DNA of 64,000 nucleotides, from positions 16,266 through 80,265 of the forward strand of contig JAFGWI010000033.1 of the NCBI GenBank assembly GCA_016937215.1. The letters are read 5' to 3'. This stretch comes from Spirochaetales bacterium (GTDB taxonomy: Bacteria > Spirochaetota > Spirochaetia > SZUA-6 > JAFGRV01). This document shows, piece by piece, positions 38,800 through 49,815 of the stretch; the stretch's first letter is position 1, and each line of letters opens with the position of its first letter. The position numbers were made by a program, and so were the translations under genes. The notes below the pieces were generated by a model. The model saw nothing but the letters and a program-made list of their open reading frames with translations, had not been told where the DNA came from and did not search any database.

Positions 38800-40368
38800 T
38801 CAGTAGGTTTTTTTCTCGGCAGCCTTCATGGCTCTGAAAACCTCAATTTTTTCATCAATAATGGCTCGCGCGCCTAGATCCATATACTCAACGACCAATT
38901 TATCATAGACCTTATCAAAATTATCCGGCTCGGCTGTAATGGATTTAATGAAAATCTCAACAGACTTTGATTTCAAATTGGAGCTATACTTGGCTTCCGA
39001 TTCAATCACAACATCAAAATAAGGGGCCAGAAAAGCATCGGTGTAAGCAATTTCCATGGCTCTCACGATGTATTTTTCAAAACCCGGATAATTCATGGCC
39101 TGAGCCTTCATGTTCAAAGCATCATCACCATAATCAAAAGCGCCGGTAGATATTATGGCAAAATCATGCCAGTTGATTTTATACTCCAGCGGCAGGTCAT
39201 CGTTTGAAACCTTTTGAATGGGAATCCCATCTGCATTAACGGTTTTATAATGAATACCAATTTCTCCATTTTGAAGAATCTTGAGAATTTCCTTATCAGA
39301 GGCCATCCAATCGAGATATTTAATGACTGCTTCAAGCTGATTTTTATTAAAACTCGGCACAAACATATGCAGACCCGCGGGAGAATACTTCATTTTCACA
39401 TGCTTCCCTTCATAATTTTCAAAGGGATCAAAGGGAATAATTTCCCCATCAGCCACATTTTTTTTCAACTCAGGAAACACACCATCCGAACGATAGGGCA
39501 GATCATAATTGCCGATCCATGCTCCAACAAGCCCTTGTATTTGATGCCGCCGCAACAAATCTCCAGTTTTATCTGTATCAAAATCAAGATTAATTAATTT
39601 TTCATGATAAAGCCTGTTTAGAAAACGGAACCCTTCTTTATAGCCCGGCATCACCCAACGTCCTTGATCATATTTTGAAGCGAATTCTTCTTCCGACATT
39701 TTTTCCACAAAAGACCAAACCAGAGTGTGCACATTCCAGTCAATAATATTCTCATAAATCTGAATCCCGAAGGGTATAGGATTTTCGACCTTTCCCGGAT
39801 TTTTATCCCGGAAAGCCACGAGGGCTTCGTAAAATTCCTGCTTTGTTGTCGGAATACCCAAGCCCAGTTTATCAAGCCAGTCCTTTCGTATGAAGGAACT
39901 GAAAGCCGGTGTCAAGGGGCGTTTAGCCGGAATCGTATACTGAATACCATTCCAGCATCCATATTTCAAAAGATCCTCACCCAGATATTCCTTTAAATGG
40001 CTTCCGTATTTTTTCAATGCCGGCCCAAGATCAGCCAGACTCTCCGATTTGATATAATTGGAAATTGTTGGAATATCATAGAGAAAACACAAATCCGGCG
40101 CTTTTTGAGCGGTCATTAAGGCATTTAGTTTCGGGACCTCCTCCCAACGGGGGACCGGAACAAAAGAAAGCGAGATATTTTGACTTTTTTTAATTTTCTT
40201 CATTATATAATGAGCCTGATATCCGTCATCTATAGCTAATCCCGGTGTATCACGATCAAATAATTCCACAGACAAATTCTGCTGAGGTCCAAAGTGATCA
40301 TAACATCCGGAGAGTAGAAGCAATAAGCTTACTGCCCACAAAACAGGACTCCTCGAATTTGACTTCAT
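38800..40368 (-). CDS. ABC sugar-binding lipoprotein (SBP family 1, LplA-like), no adjacent permease
   Basis: Lipobox LSGC, IRKDWLDKLGL and PTTKQEFYEALVAFRDKNP. Confidence 0.9.
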   Translation of the reverse strand: MKSNSRSPVLWAVSLLLLLSGCYDHFGPQQNLSVELFDRDTPGLAIDDGYQAHYIMKKIKKSQNISLSFVPVPRWEEVPKLNALMTAQKAPDLCFLYDIPTISNYIKSESLADLGPALKKYGSHLKEYLGEDLLKYGCWNGIQYTIPAKRPLTPAFSSFIRKDWLDKLGLGIPTTKQEFYEALVAFRDKNPGKVENPIPFGIQIYENIIDWNVHTLVWSFVEKMSEEEFASKYDQGRWVMPGYKEGFRFLNRLYHEKLINLDFDTDKTGDLLRRHQIQGLVGAWIGNYDLPYRSDGVFPELKKNVADGEIIPFDPFENYEGKHVKMKYSPAGLHMFVPSFNKNQLEAVIKYLDWMASDKEILKILQNGEIGIHYKTVNADGIPIQKVSNDDLPLEYKINWHDFAIISTGAFDYGDDALNMKAQAMNYPGFEKYIVRAMEIAYTDAFLAPYFDVVIESEAKYSSNLKSKSVEIFIKSITAEPDNFDKVYDKLVVEYMDLGARAIIDEKIEVFRAMKAAEKKTY

Positions 40369-40726
40369 TTATTTCTCCTTAGCTTTTTATTGTTTATAAC
40401 TCAAATATAGTCAATAGTGCTATTGTTTTTTCACAACCCGTCTATTTTCTCTAGGTTTTTATAATCACCCTCTGATTATAGCTAAACAAAAACCACAAAA
40501 ATCAAAGAAACAGGCAATCCTATTGAAAAATTTATGAAATTTTACCCTCCAGCAAATAGACATTTCGCTTTACAGATATCAAAGTTTATGTCATTATATT
40601 AAACCTTTCTTTGTTTATTAAACCAGAATAAAGAAATGACTGACTCAGAAATATTCTGTTCATACCATGAATATCAAAATATCCAGGGCTAGACAATGTG
40701 TAGCCTCTTCTGCTTAGGAGCTAAAA

Positions 40727-41251
40727 ATGAAACCTAGAACTCATAATCGATTGGACAAACCACGATCATTCAAAAAAAACAAGGATTTCTCAAAACCAAC
40801 CTTCTTTAAGGCTGTTTGTGATCAGTGCGGAGCCAATTGTGAAATTCCTTTTAAACCGACCCAGGGGAAACCCGTTCTGTGCAGCAATTGTTTTGAGCAT
40901 AAACCAAGGGATAATTCGGGCGAAAGAAGAACAAGCAACAGAGAAACAAGTAAATACCAGGCAATTTGCGACAGCTGCGGAAATGAATGCGAAGTACCTT
41001 TCAAACCGACCAAGGGTAAACCCATTTTTTGCGACGCTTGCTTTGAAAGTAAAAAAGTTAACGAAATGGATGAATTAAAAATGGAGATAGCCATTTTAAA
41101 CACCAAAGTTGACAAGGTTTTGGAAATTCTAAAAACCCTCTTTGCCGTAAAAAAATACAAAAGTGAAATAAAGGAAGAATTGGAGATTCCCAAGAAACGT
41201 AAAGTTGTTGTGAATAGAGACGACGAAGATGAAGAATCCGATGATATATAA
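40727..41251 (+). CDS. Tandem CxxC-x17-CxxC zinc-ribbon protein
   Basis: CDQCGANCEIPFKPTQGKPVLCSNC and CDSCGNECEVPFKPTKGKPIFCDAC. Confidence 0.9.
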   Translation: MKPRTHNRLDKPRSFKKNKDFSKPTFFKAVCDQCGANCEIPFKPTQGKPVLCSNCFEHKPRDNSGERRTSNRETSKYQAICDSCGNECEVPFKPTKGKPIFCDACFESKKVNEMDELKMEIAILNTKVDKVLEILKTLFAVKKYKSEIKEELEIPKKRKVVVNRDDEDEESDDI

Positions 41252-41715
41252 TCAGGGGCGTTTTTATCTTTTGACTTGTTGATAAATTCCTTACTTCATG
41301 ATAATATTTAATGAAGTGTCATCTTCTTCAGTGAATCGAGGTAATTTTCCATATTATTTTGATTCAAGTAAGCGCGATTTGTAAAATCGCCTTTTCTGTT
41401 TCTTTGTAATAGAAGAAAAAAATTTCGTTGCGCGGGAAGCTGGCTACATATATTTTTAGCATTGATTAAACCATTGAATAATGAGCACAATGCGTAAAAC
41501 CTTTTGAATCACGATTTTAACAGCCCTTTTTATCAAAATCGGCTGTTAAAGCGTTTTTAACTGGATAATTTTCATCATAATGCTTCAAAAACAAAAGTCG
41601 AAACAGGTCACCACTACAGAGCGATCCATTTGAATCATTTATGACCAAAGAATAAAAATTGTGGTCTCTTGGAATAAAACCAGGTGAAAAAACGCTAAAA
41701 GGAATTTGTATAGAA

Positions 41716-42495
41716 ATGAAGTTCATTTTATTGCCTATTCTAATTTGTTTTTCTGTTAATTTTTACGGGCTTCCATATGATAAATCCTGTTTACTGATTC
41801 AGTTCGAAATTTCGGCCGATTCATTTATCCGGGCAGATATCGTCTCATCAGCCAATTGGTATTCAACAATCATGCCGGCTTATACACTGGGAATCAGTAC
41901 CTATATTCCCCAAAAAGAAATGTTGCTCCATGAAATTAGCTTGGCTCTCTATTATTTTGAAAGTAACAGCTTTAATTTTAATACAGAAACCTTGGATGTC
42001 GGCACAATAAGGCTTCTATTATTCAAGAGCCCCATCAATTACTTATGCCATTTGTCGTTAAATCCCATTTTTTCTCTCATTGTCGGCGGAAAAATAATCC
42101 CTCAATATGAATCTATTAGCAATATAGTCACTTATTCGAATTACATGACCCACGAAGATTTCTCGATCAACCTGTGTCCTACATTCGGTTTTTCTATTGC
42201 GGCTCCAAAATCCTTTAATTTTCAAACGGAATTTTCTCCTGGCCTGGCATTACCGGTTATAAATAAACTCACATTCCCCAATGCTCCAGCTGACACCTTT
42301 GAGGCTATTCATGGTTCACTACAAATAGGCAGTTTTTTCGCTATCCACATAAGTCAATTTCGTATCAAGGCTTCCTACAACTACACTCTCAATGCCGATA
42401 TATATTTTATATCGGAAAAGTATAACAGTCATTTATTGAATGCTAAAATACAACATTATAATTCCTTTGGCATAAGTATTGGATATCATTTGTAA
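41716..42495 (+). CDS. Hypothetical exported protein, possible outer-membrane beta-barrel
   Basis: Signal-like N-terminus and amphipathic strands ending FGISIGYHL. Confidence 0.6.
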   Translation: MKFILLPILICFSVNFYGLPYDKSCLLIQFEISADSFIRADIVSSANWYSTIMPAYTLGISTYIPQKEMLLHEISLALYYFESNSFNFNTETLDVGTIRLLLFKSPINYLCHLSLNPIFSLIVGGKIIPQYESISNIVTYSNYMTHEDFSINLCPTFGFSIAAPKSFNFQTEFSPGLALPVINKLTFPNAPADTFEAIHGSLQIGSFFAIHISQFRIKASYNYTLNADIYFISEKYNSHLLNAKIQHYNSFGISIGYHL

Positions 42496-42496
42496 A

Positions 42497-43216
42497 ATGA
42501 AATACCTTATCTTTTTTTATTTATCTGTGATTTATTCATGCTCAATTTTATCTCCTATTAAGCCCTATGAAATTCTTTCGAGTGATCACTGTATGATTAC
42601 TGTTTCTGATGAAAAAATTTCCCGGAATCAATTTAAGCGCATTCTTGATAATGCCGAGACAGCATTCCTCAAGGTAACAAACGAAACAGGTTTAAAATAC
42701 TCGCTAAAAATACCAATCATCTATGATGAAAATCGCACAGAACTTTCTATCCCTTCATCAGCTTATGTTCATTTTAATACTATTTATATTCAGTCGGTCT
42801 TATTCAATCAATCTGATAATCAATTGATTGAAACTTTATGCCACGAAATAACTCATGTTTTGATGATCGGAATATTCGGAATTTCAGATAGCTTCCTCAC
42901 CACCGAAGGCTCTGCCATGTTCTGGAATAAACCTAAAAACACCAGGGAAGTCCAAAATCTTTCACTCAAAAATCTCGTCGAATTATCCTATTATCAGTTA
43001 TTCCTTGACAACACACGTCAAAAAAATCCTGACTATATTTACTATTGCTATCAATTAAGCGGTTTATTTGCAGTATACTGGATAAATGAATTTGGCTGGG
43101 ACCATCTGTTTAAATTGTATCGGGAATTAACACCTCAAAACGCGATTCAAAAAATAGCTGAACTTAGCGGCAAGCCCTTTATTGAAATTGAAAACATCAT
43201 AAAAGAAAGGTTTTAA
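42497..43216 (+). CDS. Putative lipoprotein zinc metallopeptidase (peptidase MA-like)
   Basis: Lipobox IYSC, HEITH followed by downstream EGSA (gluzincin pattern). Confidence 0.7.
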   Translation: MKYLIFFYLSVIYSCSILSPIKPYEILSSDHCMITVSDEKISRNQFKRILDNAETAFLKVTNETGLKYSLKIPIIYDENRTELSIPSSAYVHFNTIYIQSVLFNQSDNQLIETLCHEITHVLMIGIFGISDSFLTTEGSAMFWNKPKNTREVQNLSLKNLVELSYYQLFLDNTRQKNPDYIYYCYQLSGLFAVYWINEFGWDHLFKLYRELTPQNAIQKIAELSGKPFIEIENIIKERF

Positions 43217-43217
43217 T

Positions 43218-44651
43218 ATGCGTCGAATTTTTTCATTCTTAAAAGCACTAGCAAAACCAAAGTTTTACAAAAATCATGGAAATTACGGAAAAATTATCTT
43301 ATTACCGGATGTTAAATTAATATTTCACAACACTCTGCGATCTTTTAATTTCAAGACTTTCGCGATTATCTCGTTAATTTGTTTTTTTATGAGCTGCCTT
43401 CCTTTAAACATACCGCCAGAGAACAAAGCACCTGTTAACAATGCAGGTGAACCTGTTATCAAGACTATCTTGCTGACAACAGAAACAAAAAAGGAAATCC
43501 AGTTTTTAAAAGGCGAATTATCAAACCATATTTTACAGCTTCCTGAATTAATCGAAGGCAAATTCTACAGCATCAACCTTGTCGCGCTCAACTATGACAG
43601 CAATGAAATTCTTTATCCAGCTGATAAAGACGAAACAGGTTTCACTCTTAAATATTCATTAAAAGATAATGATAGCGACATCCCCTATTTCACCGAAAAT
43701 TACTCAGATGATGAAAATCACCGCTGTATTTACATCGCTTTTAAAGCCTATAATCAAACTAGAGCTTACTTATCATTAAAATACCTGTTTAACAATAATT
43801 ATCGGAACTCCAATATAATCATTCAAGCTGGACTCTCCATAGTTACCCTCAACTATCCAGAGCAGGACTTACCCGGCATATTGGAAATTAGCAGGCCTTA
43901 CACAGGCTTTTTCACTGAAAAAAAGGATAACTCAAGTGTATCTTTTAATTTTCAGACCTTGGATGAAAATACTTGGTATAAAGCCAGGATAGAAGCTGAT
44001 TTCTCGAATAGTATTTTCCCTAATTGTCTGAACCTGAATTTCCGTTCTTCTCTTAATATCAATTCCGATGCTATTGAATTCCAAAATTCATATACCAGTC
44101 TATATTATTTTAAAGTTAATCATTCTACCCCTTCACTCCATATAAAAGGAGACATTGGCACGAGGTACACGATATTAATGAGCGAAGCCTCATATTCATT
44201 TGTTACTGATTCATACGAACCCGATGATGGTCCGCTATCATCAAATATTGACTCTATTTCGGGAACCGATATTCAAAGCGCCTCGCATACACTCATTAAA
44301 CAATACGAATCCGACTGGATTCAATTTACGCCAACAGAGTCGGGTTATTATTCACTGGACTTTATAATTGAAGACAGTTTTACCGAGGCTGATCTGGATT
44401 TAATCGATACTCCCTATATCGATATAAAAATAATTCACCCTAACGGCTCTACTATAATAAAACAAGCAATGGCAAAGCCGGATCAAAAATGGATAATGCC
44501 TGTAAATATGACAAACATCTTATCCTGGAATATCAGCGCGGAAAACCTTTCCTCGCCCTGGTTTATTCATTTGCTTAATTCAAGCTACGGTAATAATCCA
44601 ATTCCAATAGAGTATTCAATTCGCATCCATTTGGAGTCATCACCTTATTAA
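43218..44651 (+). CDS. Hypothetical beta-rich putative lipoprotein (DSYEPDD motif)
   Basis: Long ORF with an internal hydrophobic stretch ending FMSC. True start uncertain. Confidence 0.65.
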   Translation: MRRIFSFLKALAKPKFYKNHGNYGKIILLPDVKLIFHNTLRSFNFKTFAIISLICFFMSCLPLNIPPENKAPVNNAGEPVIKTILLTTETKKEIQFLKGELSNHILQLPELIEGKFYSINLVALNYDSNEILYPADKDETGFTLKYSLKDNDSDIPYFTENYSDDENHRCIYIAFKAYNQTRAYLSLKYLFNNNYRNSNIIIQAGLSIVTLNYPEQDLPGILEISRPYTGFFTEKKDNSSVSFNFQTLDENTWYKARIEADFSNSIFPNCLNLNFRSSLNINSDAIEFQNSYTSLYYFKVNHSTPSLHIKGDIGTRYTILMSEASYSFVTDSYEPDDGPLSSNIDSISGTDIQSASHTLIKQYESDWIQFTPTESGYYSLDFIIEDSFTEADLDLIDTPYIDIKIIHPNGSTIIKQAMAKPDQKWIMPVNMTNILSWNISAENLSSPWFIHLLNSSYGNNPIPIEYSIRIHLESSPY

Positions 44652-44887
44652 GGTTTTCCGGGCTTGAATTCGGGTGCGGGAAATGGGAACTTACCAATTT
44701 CAACTATCAGGTACGACTTCAAAAGGCGCGCACAAGCAAATGCTTATTCTCAGTTTTAGAGGATCACTGTTATGGGAATCATCATGATACAAAGACCTAA
44801 ATTTTGTTTCAGGGAAATTCAAAAACCCTTAATGTCAACTCCTTTCGTCCTATTTTATTTTTTTCACAGATAAGATAGGATAAAGCC

Positions 44888-45889
44888 ATGGCACAACACG
44901 AAATAAGACAAAACAAAATTTCCCGGGAATGGGTTATCTATTCCACAGGACGGGGAAAACGCCCCCATGATTTTATCAAGCAAGAAGAATTTCACTTAGC
45001 CTCGGAACCGGACAAAAAGTGCCCTTTTTGTCCGGGAAATGAAGAAATTCTGGGTCCGATTTTATACCAGTTACCTGGAGAAAATCAATATACCTGGGCT
45101 GCAAGATGCGTTCCAAACAAGTACCCGATTCTGGATTCCTCATCATCATCAAAAAGAATTCACGAAGGAATCTATCTCAAAACCCAAGGTTACGGTGAGC
45201 ACGAACTCATTATCGAAAGTCCTTTTCACAATAAAGATTTGGCAGATTTTTCACAACAGGAAATGGAAATAATCATCGAATGCTACCATAGCCGAACCTT
45301 AACGCTTTTTGAACATCCTCAAAATCAGATGGTACAGATTTTCAGGAACCGCGGGCCAAAGGCTGGCGCTTCACTGATTCATCCCCACTCGCAAATTATC
45401 GCATCCTCCATCGCGCCTCATTATATGCGTTACAGAGAAGAGATCGCGCAAAGCTATTATGATGATCACGGCTGCTGCATATTCTGTGAACTTTTAGAAT
45501 ATGAAATCAAAGCTGAACAACGAATGGTATACCAAAACAAGCATTTCACAACCCTCGTTCCCTATGCCGCTGAGGTTCCCTATGAAATGTGGATTATTCC
45601 CCATCATCACGATGCCAGCTTTGCCGCCCTGGCTTCAGATCATAAGCCATATCTGGCGGAATCCATCTCTCAATCGATAAAAAGGCTTTACGCCTGCTAT
45701 GAAAAGCCGAACTACAATATGGTAATTCACTCCTGCATGCGCTACAAACAGGATGAACCACAGCTGCATTGGTACATACAGATCATGCCGCGGCTCAGCA
45801 CTCCCGCGGGTTTTGAAATCGGATCCCGAATACCCATCAATTCGCATATTCCCGAAGAAGATGCTCTTGAACTAAGGCAAAAATTCTAA
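44888..45889 (+). CDS. galT: Galactose-1-phosphate uridylyltransferase
   Basis: RGKRP, CPFCPGNE, GASLIHPHSQ and AGFEIGS. Confidence 0.93.
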   Translation: MAQHEIRQNKISREWVIYSTGRGKRPHDFIKQEEFHLASEPDKKCPFCPGNEEILGPILYQLPGENQYTWAARCVPNKYPILDSSSSSKRIHEGIYLKTQGYGEHELIIESPFHNKDLADFSQQEMEIIIECYHSRTLTLFEHPQNQMVQIFRNRGPKAGASLIHPHSQIIASSIAPHYMRYREEIAQSYYDDHGCCIFCELLEYEIKAEQRMVYQNKHFTTLVPYAAEVPYEMWIIPHHHDASFAALASDHKPYLAESISQSIKRLYACYEKPNYNMVIHSCMRYKQDEPQLHWYIQIMPRLSTPAGFEIGSRIPINSHIPEEDALELRQKF

Positions 45890-45948
45890 AAAAAGGGGCT
45901 GTGAATATTCTTCACCAGCCCCTGATTCTTTAAGGTATTAAAAAAAAA

Positions 45949-46149
45949 TAACTTGTTCAGTTAAATCGATTTCCCGCTCTTAGCGCGTTAGGGATTGGAG
46001 CCATGTTCAGTCATTTTTTTAAAAATGACTGAACAAAGCGTTTTTGGGCGGATAATTTCCGCCCGAAAACCTTCAAAGTGGCGCAAAGCCCGGCCTGCTG
46101 AAATGTAATGAAAGCAGGCAACGCCCGAAAAATCAGACCAAACAAATAG
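45949..46149 (-). repeat. Structured repeat family A, copy R7, with degenerate inverted-repeat flanks
   Basis: Core 45984-46126 (minus: GGGCGTTGCCTGC...GCAGGCCGGGCTTTGCG...CCAATCCCTAACGCG). Flanks are TAACTTGTTCAGT and ACCAAACAAATAG. Confidence 0.85.
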
Positions 46150-46156
46150 AAACGAT

Positions 46157-48415
46157 TTATTTTACAAACTGGAGCTCAGCCAGATTAATTCCCTGCCAGC
46201 AGTCATTAAAACCGAAAACAGGATACTGCTGCGATTCACGGCTTTCAGTGCCATCATTATCAGCAAGAGCGATGTTAAAACCGATAATGCCCAATTCTTT
46301 TGCATCTGCTGTTAATCCAATTGAAAACTCAAGAACAGTGCCATCAGCGCTCCATACCGCTTTATGAGCTGGTTCATAGGAACTTTCGTCCCAATCCTTG
46401 CCCACAAGGGTTCTCAATTGTATAAAATTATTATTCATATCGAGGAAAACCTCAACATTGTCATTTTCCCATACATTAGGCGCCTCTGTATAGGTGATAT
46501 CATCAGACCGAAGAACATAACCGTAAATTGTATTACCATTATAAACTATTCCCCATTCGCCGCGGAAATCCTTGTAATCCCCCGTATAAACAAGATTATC
46601 TTCGGAGAGTTGATTGAAAATCAATGGGTACTTCACAGCTTTGGTCCATTCACCATCGCTGATTTTACCATCAACTTTAACGATAGAGGATTCATTGGCA
46701 TGAAAAGGAATCACCACTCTTGGCGGCTCAGGAGGACGAGGTGAAGTTCCTTCAAATTTAAGGCTGCCGAGGTTCACGCCCTGCCAGCTGTCATTCTGGC
46801 CAGTTATAGAATAAAGCTGCCATTTCCTGCTTTCACCATCATTATCGCTGAGCGCGATATTCCATCCTGCAATAAGATTGGCTAAATTGGCATCAGGCAA
46901 TTCAATACTCAATTCAAGCACTGTTCCATCCTTGTTCCAGACAGCTTTATGCGCTCCCGCGTAGGAGGAGTCTTCAAAATCGCTTCCGATTAATGTTCTG
47001 AGCTGGACAAAGGTCCCGTTCAGATCAAAAAAAACTTCAACATTATCGCTTTCATAGGAATTGGCTGCTTTTGTGAAAGTTACATTATCCACGCGTTTCA
47101 AAAAAACATAAACTGTATTTCCCTTGTACAACACAGACCATTCACCTGATAATTCAGCAGGATCCTTAGGCGGTCTAAGATCATCAACATTAAGTTGATT
47201 AAACCCTAAAGGATAGTTAACAGCATTGGCCCATTCATCAGCGTTGATAACACCATCAACAACAGGAGCTGTCTTTGCTTCGCGAGCCACAAAAGGCGGA
47301 ATAGCACGTCGGCTATTATCAGCCGAATCGCTCATATTTTCATAACCTGTTTCAACAGGACCAGCAACCAAAGCATCACGCACCGCGTAAAAAGAAGGCT
47401 TTGGATTATAATCGTGGTCAAAAAGCAATGAATCGCCATAACCCGGAGAAAAACCCGGAATCCATGAAACAGCATCGGTAAAACCCCAGGTAATAAAAGT
47501 ATCACACTCGGGAAAAGCCAGCATTATTTGCGTCAACTTTTGGTACATTTCCGCCTGAAGCTGATAATCTTCAGGAGTAAAGGGTTCCTGCATTTTGATA
47601 TCCAGTTCAGTAATATCCACTTTCAAACCAAGATCAACAAAACGCTTGATGTTTTTATAAAAACTGTCAAAGGGCCAGCTCTTCGCCACAGTTAAATGGC
47701 ACTGAAGACCAACACCATGAATGGGAACACCTTGATCCAGCAATTCCTTAACCATTTTGTACATGGCATTAGATTTCGCGTTAACAGTTTCCACACCATA
47801 ATCATTGTAATACAACAAGGCATCGGGTACTGCCGCGTGAGCCATACGGAAAACCGCGGGAATAAAATCCTTGCCAAGGGTATCATAAAAAACCGATTTT
47901 CGGTAATTTGAACCATCAAGGGCTTCATTCACCACATCCCAGGCATAAACCTTAGCGGCATAACGGCCGGCTACATTATCAATATGGTATTTTAACGCGG
48001 CCAAAAGCTCCTCTTTTCCCCAAGGAGTTTTGGGCGTTAACAGCCAGTCAGGTGCTTGGCTGTGCCATACAAGGGTATGACCCCGCACTTTCATGTCATT
48101 GGCCATGGCAAATTCCACAATTTTATCAGCATCTTCAAAGGCAAAGCCCTCAGGCTCAGGATGAAGGCTCGACCATTTCATCGCGTTTTCAGCTGTTACA
48201 TAATTAAAATGCATGCTTAAAGTATCAGCATATTGTTTATTATCAAGCTGCACCGGATCAACAGCAGAACCGACAAACATATTCTGCTTCACCGCCGCTT
48301 CCCTCAAACTGAGACCTTCAATTTTGGCAGCACTGCTTTTCTCCGCCGACTTCTCGGTGGAAATACAGCCAAACAGAACAATCATGCAGATAAATAAAAT
48401 ACTGAATTTTTTCAT
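46157..48415 (-). CDS. Lipoprotein GH10 endo-1,4-beta-xylanase with two tandem CBM9-like domains
   Basis: Lipobox LFGC, TAENAMK, RGHTLVWH, WDVVNE and ITELD, plus a duplicated VDG..EW..DNVEVF..NIAL.DNDG module. Confidence 0.92.
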   Translation of the reverse strand: MKKFSILFICMIVLFGCISTEKSAEKSSAAKIEGLSLREAAVKQNMFVGSAVDPVQLDNKQYADTLSMHFNYVTAENAMKWSSLHPEPEGFAFEDADKIVEFAMANDMKVRGHTLVWHSQAPDWLLTPKTPWGKEELLAALKYHIDNVAGRYAAKVYAWDVVNEALDGSNYRKSVFYDTLGKDFIPAVFRMAHAAVPDALLYYNDYGVETVNAKSNAMYKMVKELLDQGVPIHGVGLQCHLTVAKSWPFDSFYKNIKRFVDLGLKVDITELDIKMQEPFTPEDYQLQAEMYQKLTQIMLAFPECDTFITWGFTDAVSWIPGFSPGYGDSLLFDHDYNPKPSFYAVRDALVAGPVETGYENMSDSADNSRRAIPPFVAREAKTAPVVDGVINADEWANAVNYPLGFNQLNVDDLRPPKDPAELSGEWSVLYKGNTVYVFLKRVDNVTFTKAANSYESDNVEVFFDLNGTFVQLRTLIGSDFEDSSYAGAHKAVWNKDGTVLELSIELPDANLANLIAGWNIALSDNDGESRKWQLYSITGQNDSWQGVNLGSLKFEGTSPRPPEPPRVVIPFHANESSIVKVDGKISDGEWTKAVKYPLIFNQLSEDNLVYTGDYKDFRGEWGIVYNGNTIYGYVLRSDDITYTEAPNVWENDNVEVFLDMNNNFIQLRTLVGKDWDESSYEPAHKAVWSADGTVLEFSIGLTADAKELGIIGFNIALADNDGTESRESQQYPVFGFNDCWQGINLAELQFVK

Positions 48416-48773
48416 TCTACCTCTCCTAAAAAAAATTATCATAAAATACATTTTTATCCCATAGCAATGAAAATATCAACAATAGATTATGAGATAAAAT
48501 GGAAACAAATCAATCATCATTATAAAATATCTATAATCCTGGGTGTGTCCGCAAAGGTTCATTGCCGTGAAGTTTACTGTAACGTGAAAAACTGTAACTT
48601 ATCAATTAAATTATTTTGTATTCACCCGGTTTTCATGATTATTCAAAAAAATATAGTTGAAATTACAATATTACCGCGTTATGATAATACAGAATGGATT
48701 AATTAACCATCAAAAAGTGAGAAACAGAAACCCCCGCTTTATTCAGAGGATTAATAAAAACAAGGAGTCTGTG

Positions 48774-49661
48774 ATGGTAAAAGTGGAGCATTTGACAGGA
48801 ATTTTTCAAGCTGATGAAGATATCAAATTGCAATCCTACACATGGAAACCTGCCAACAAAAAAATCAAAGCCATATGCCTTGCAATACACGGGGGCTTAA
48901 CCTATTCCGAAGACTGGGCCATTCTTTCACCTGCCTTCGCGCAAAAACACATCGCCTTGATGTCCATCGACCTGCGTTATCACGGCCGTTACGCCCAACA
49001 TAATCCTGGCCAAAAAGTATATTTTCATATTGAATCCTATGAACAATACATAGAGGACATCCATCATTATTATCTTCACATAAAAAAGCAATATCCCGAC
49101 ACACCCATTTTTATTTTAGGCCATTCAAACGGCGGCTTAATTTCGCTCTATTATGGATTAACCCGGGCCCCGCAGGAAATCAAGGGCTTTCTGATATCAT
49201 CTCCCTGGTTAAAAAACAAGGTGTTGGTGCCTCCCCTTTTATTAAAACTTCTGAAAATAATCGCCTTTGTCCACCCCAAATTCGAAGTAACACCAGCTGA
49301 TATTTCAGAACACTTAACACACGATCGAAAAATCATGGAACATCATGTGGAAGCCAGTGCAAAAGGACTCCGTGGAAAAACAGCCACAGCCAAACTTGGC
49401 CTTGAATCCATGAAAACACAACAATATGTAATCGAACACATCAAGGAATGGAAAAAATTTCCCCTTTGGGCGGTAATCGCGGGCGATGATTATCTGGCCG
49501 ATGCAGAGACTAGCCTAAAAGCCCTATCCCAGGTACCCAAAAACCTGATCACCACGGAATTCTACGAAAATAATTACCATGAAAATTTCAACGAATTAAA
49601 CAGAGAAGAAATATTCGAAAAAATGCTGAACTGGATAGAACAACGACTTAAAAATAAATAG
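48774..49661 (+). CDS. Alpha/beta hydrolase (lysophospholipase/monoacylglycerol lipase-like)
   Basis: IHGG, DLRYHG, GHSNGG and YHENFNE. Confidence 0.9.
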   Translation: MVKVEHLTGIFQADEDIKLQSYTWKPANKKIKAICLAIHGGLTYSEDWAILSPAFAQKHIALMSIDLRYHGRYAQHNPGQKVYFHIESYEQYIEDIHHYYLHIKKQYPDTPIFILGHSNGGLISLYYGLTRAPQEIKGFLISSPWLKNKVLVPPLLLKLLKIIAFVHPKFEVTPADISEHLTHDRKIMEHHVEASAKGLRGKTATAKLGLESMKTQQYVIEHIKEWKKFPLWAVIAGDDYLADAETSLKALSQVPKNLITTEFYENNYHENFNELNREEIFEKMLNWIEQRLKNK

Positions 49662-49815
49662 AAAGCCAGAATCCAAGCACGAACATCAAATTAATCATTC
49701 TTTAGACCTCACAAGAAGCTAATCACAATTCTTGACTTTTCACCTGCAATCTGATATTGATTGATACAAGCTATTTTATGCTCTCAAAAGACAATAAGCC
49801 GGGATTGGATGGATT

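Noticed and set aside
41280-41700. Possible transposase remnant with a TTTAACAGCC/GGCTGTTAAA hairpin
   Set aside because: Only short broken ORFs and no DDE or HUH motif; not supportable.
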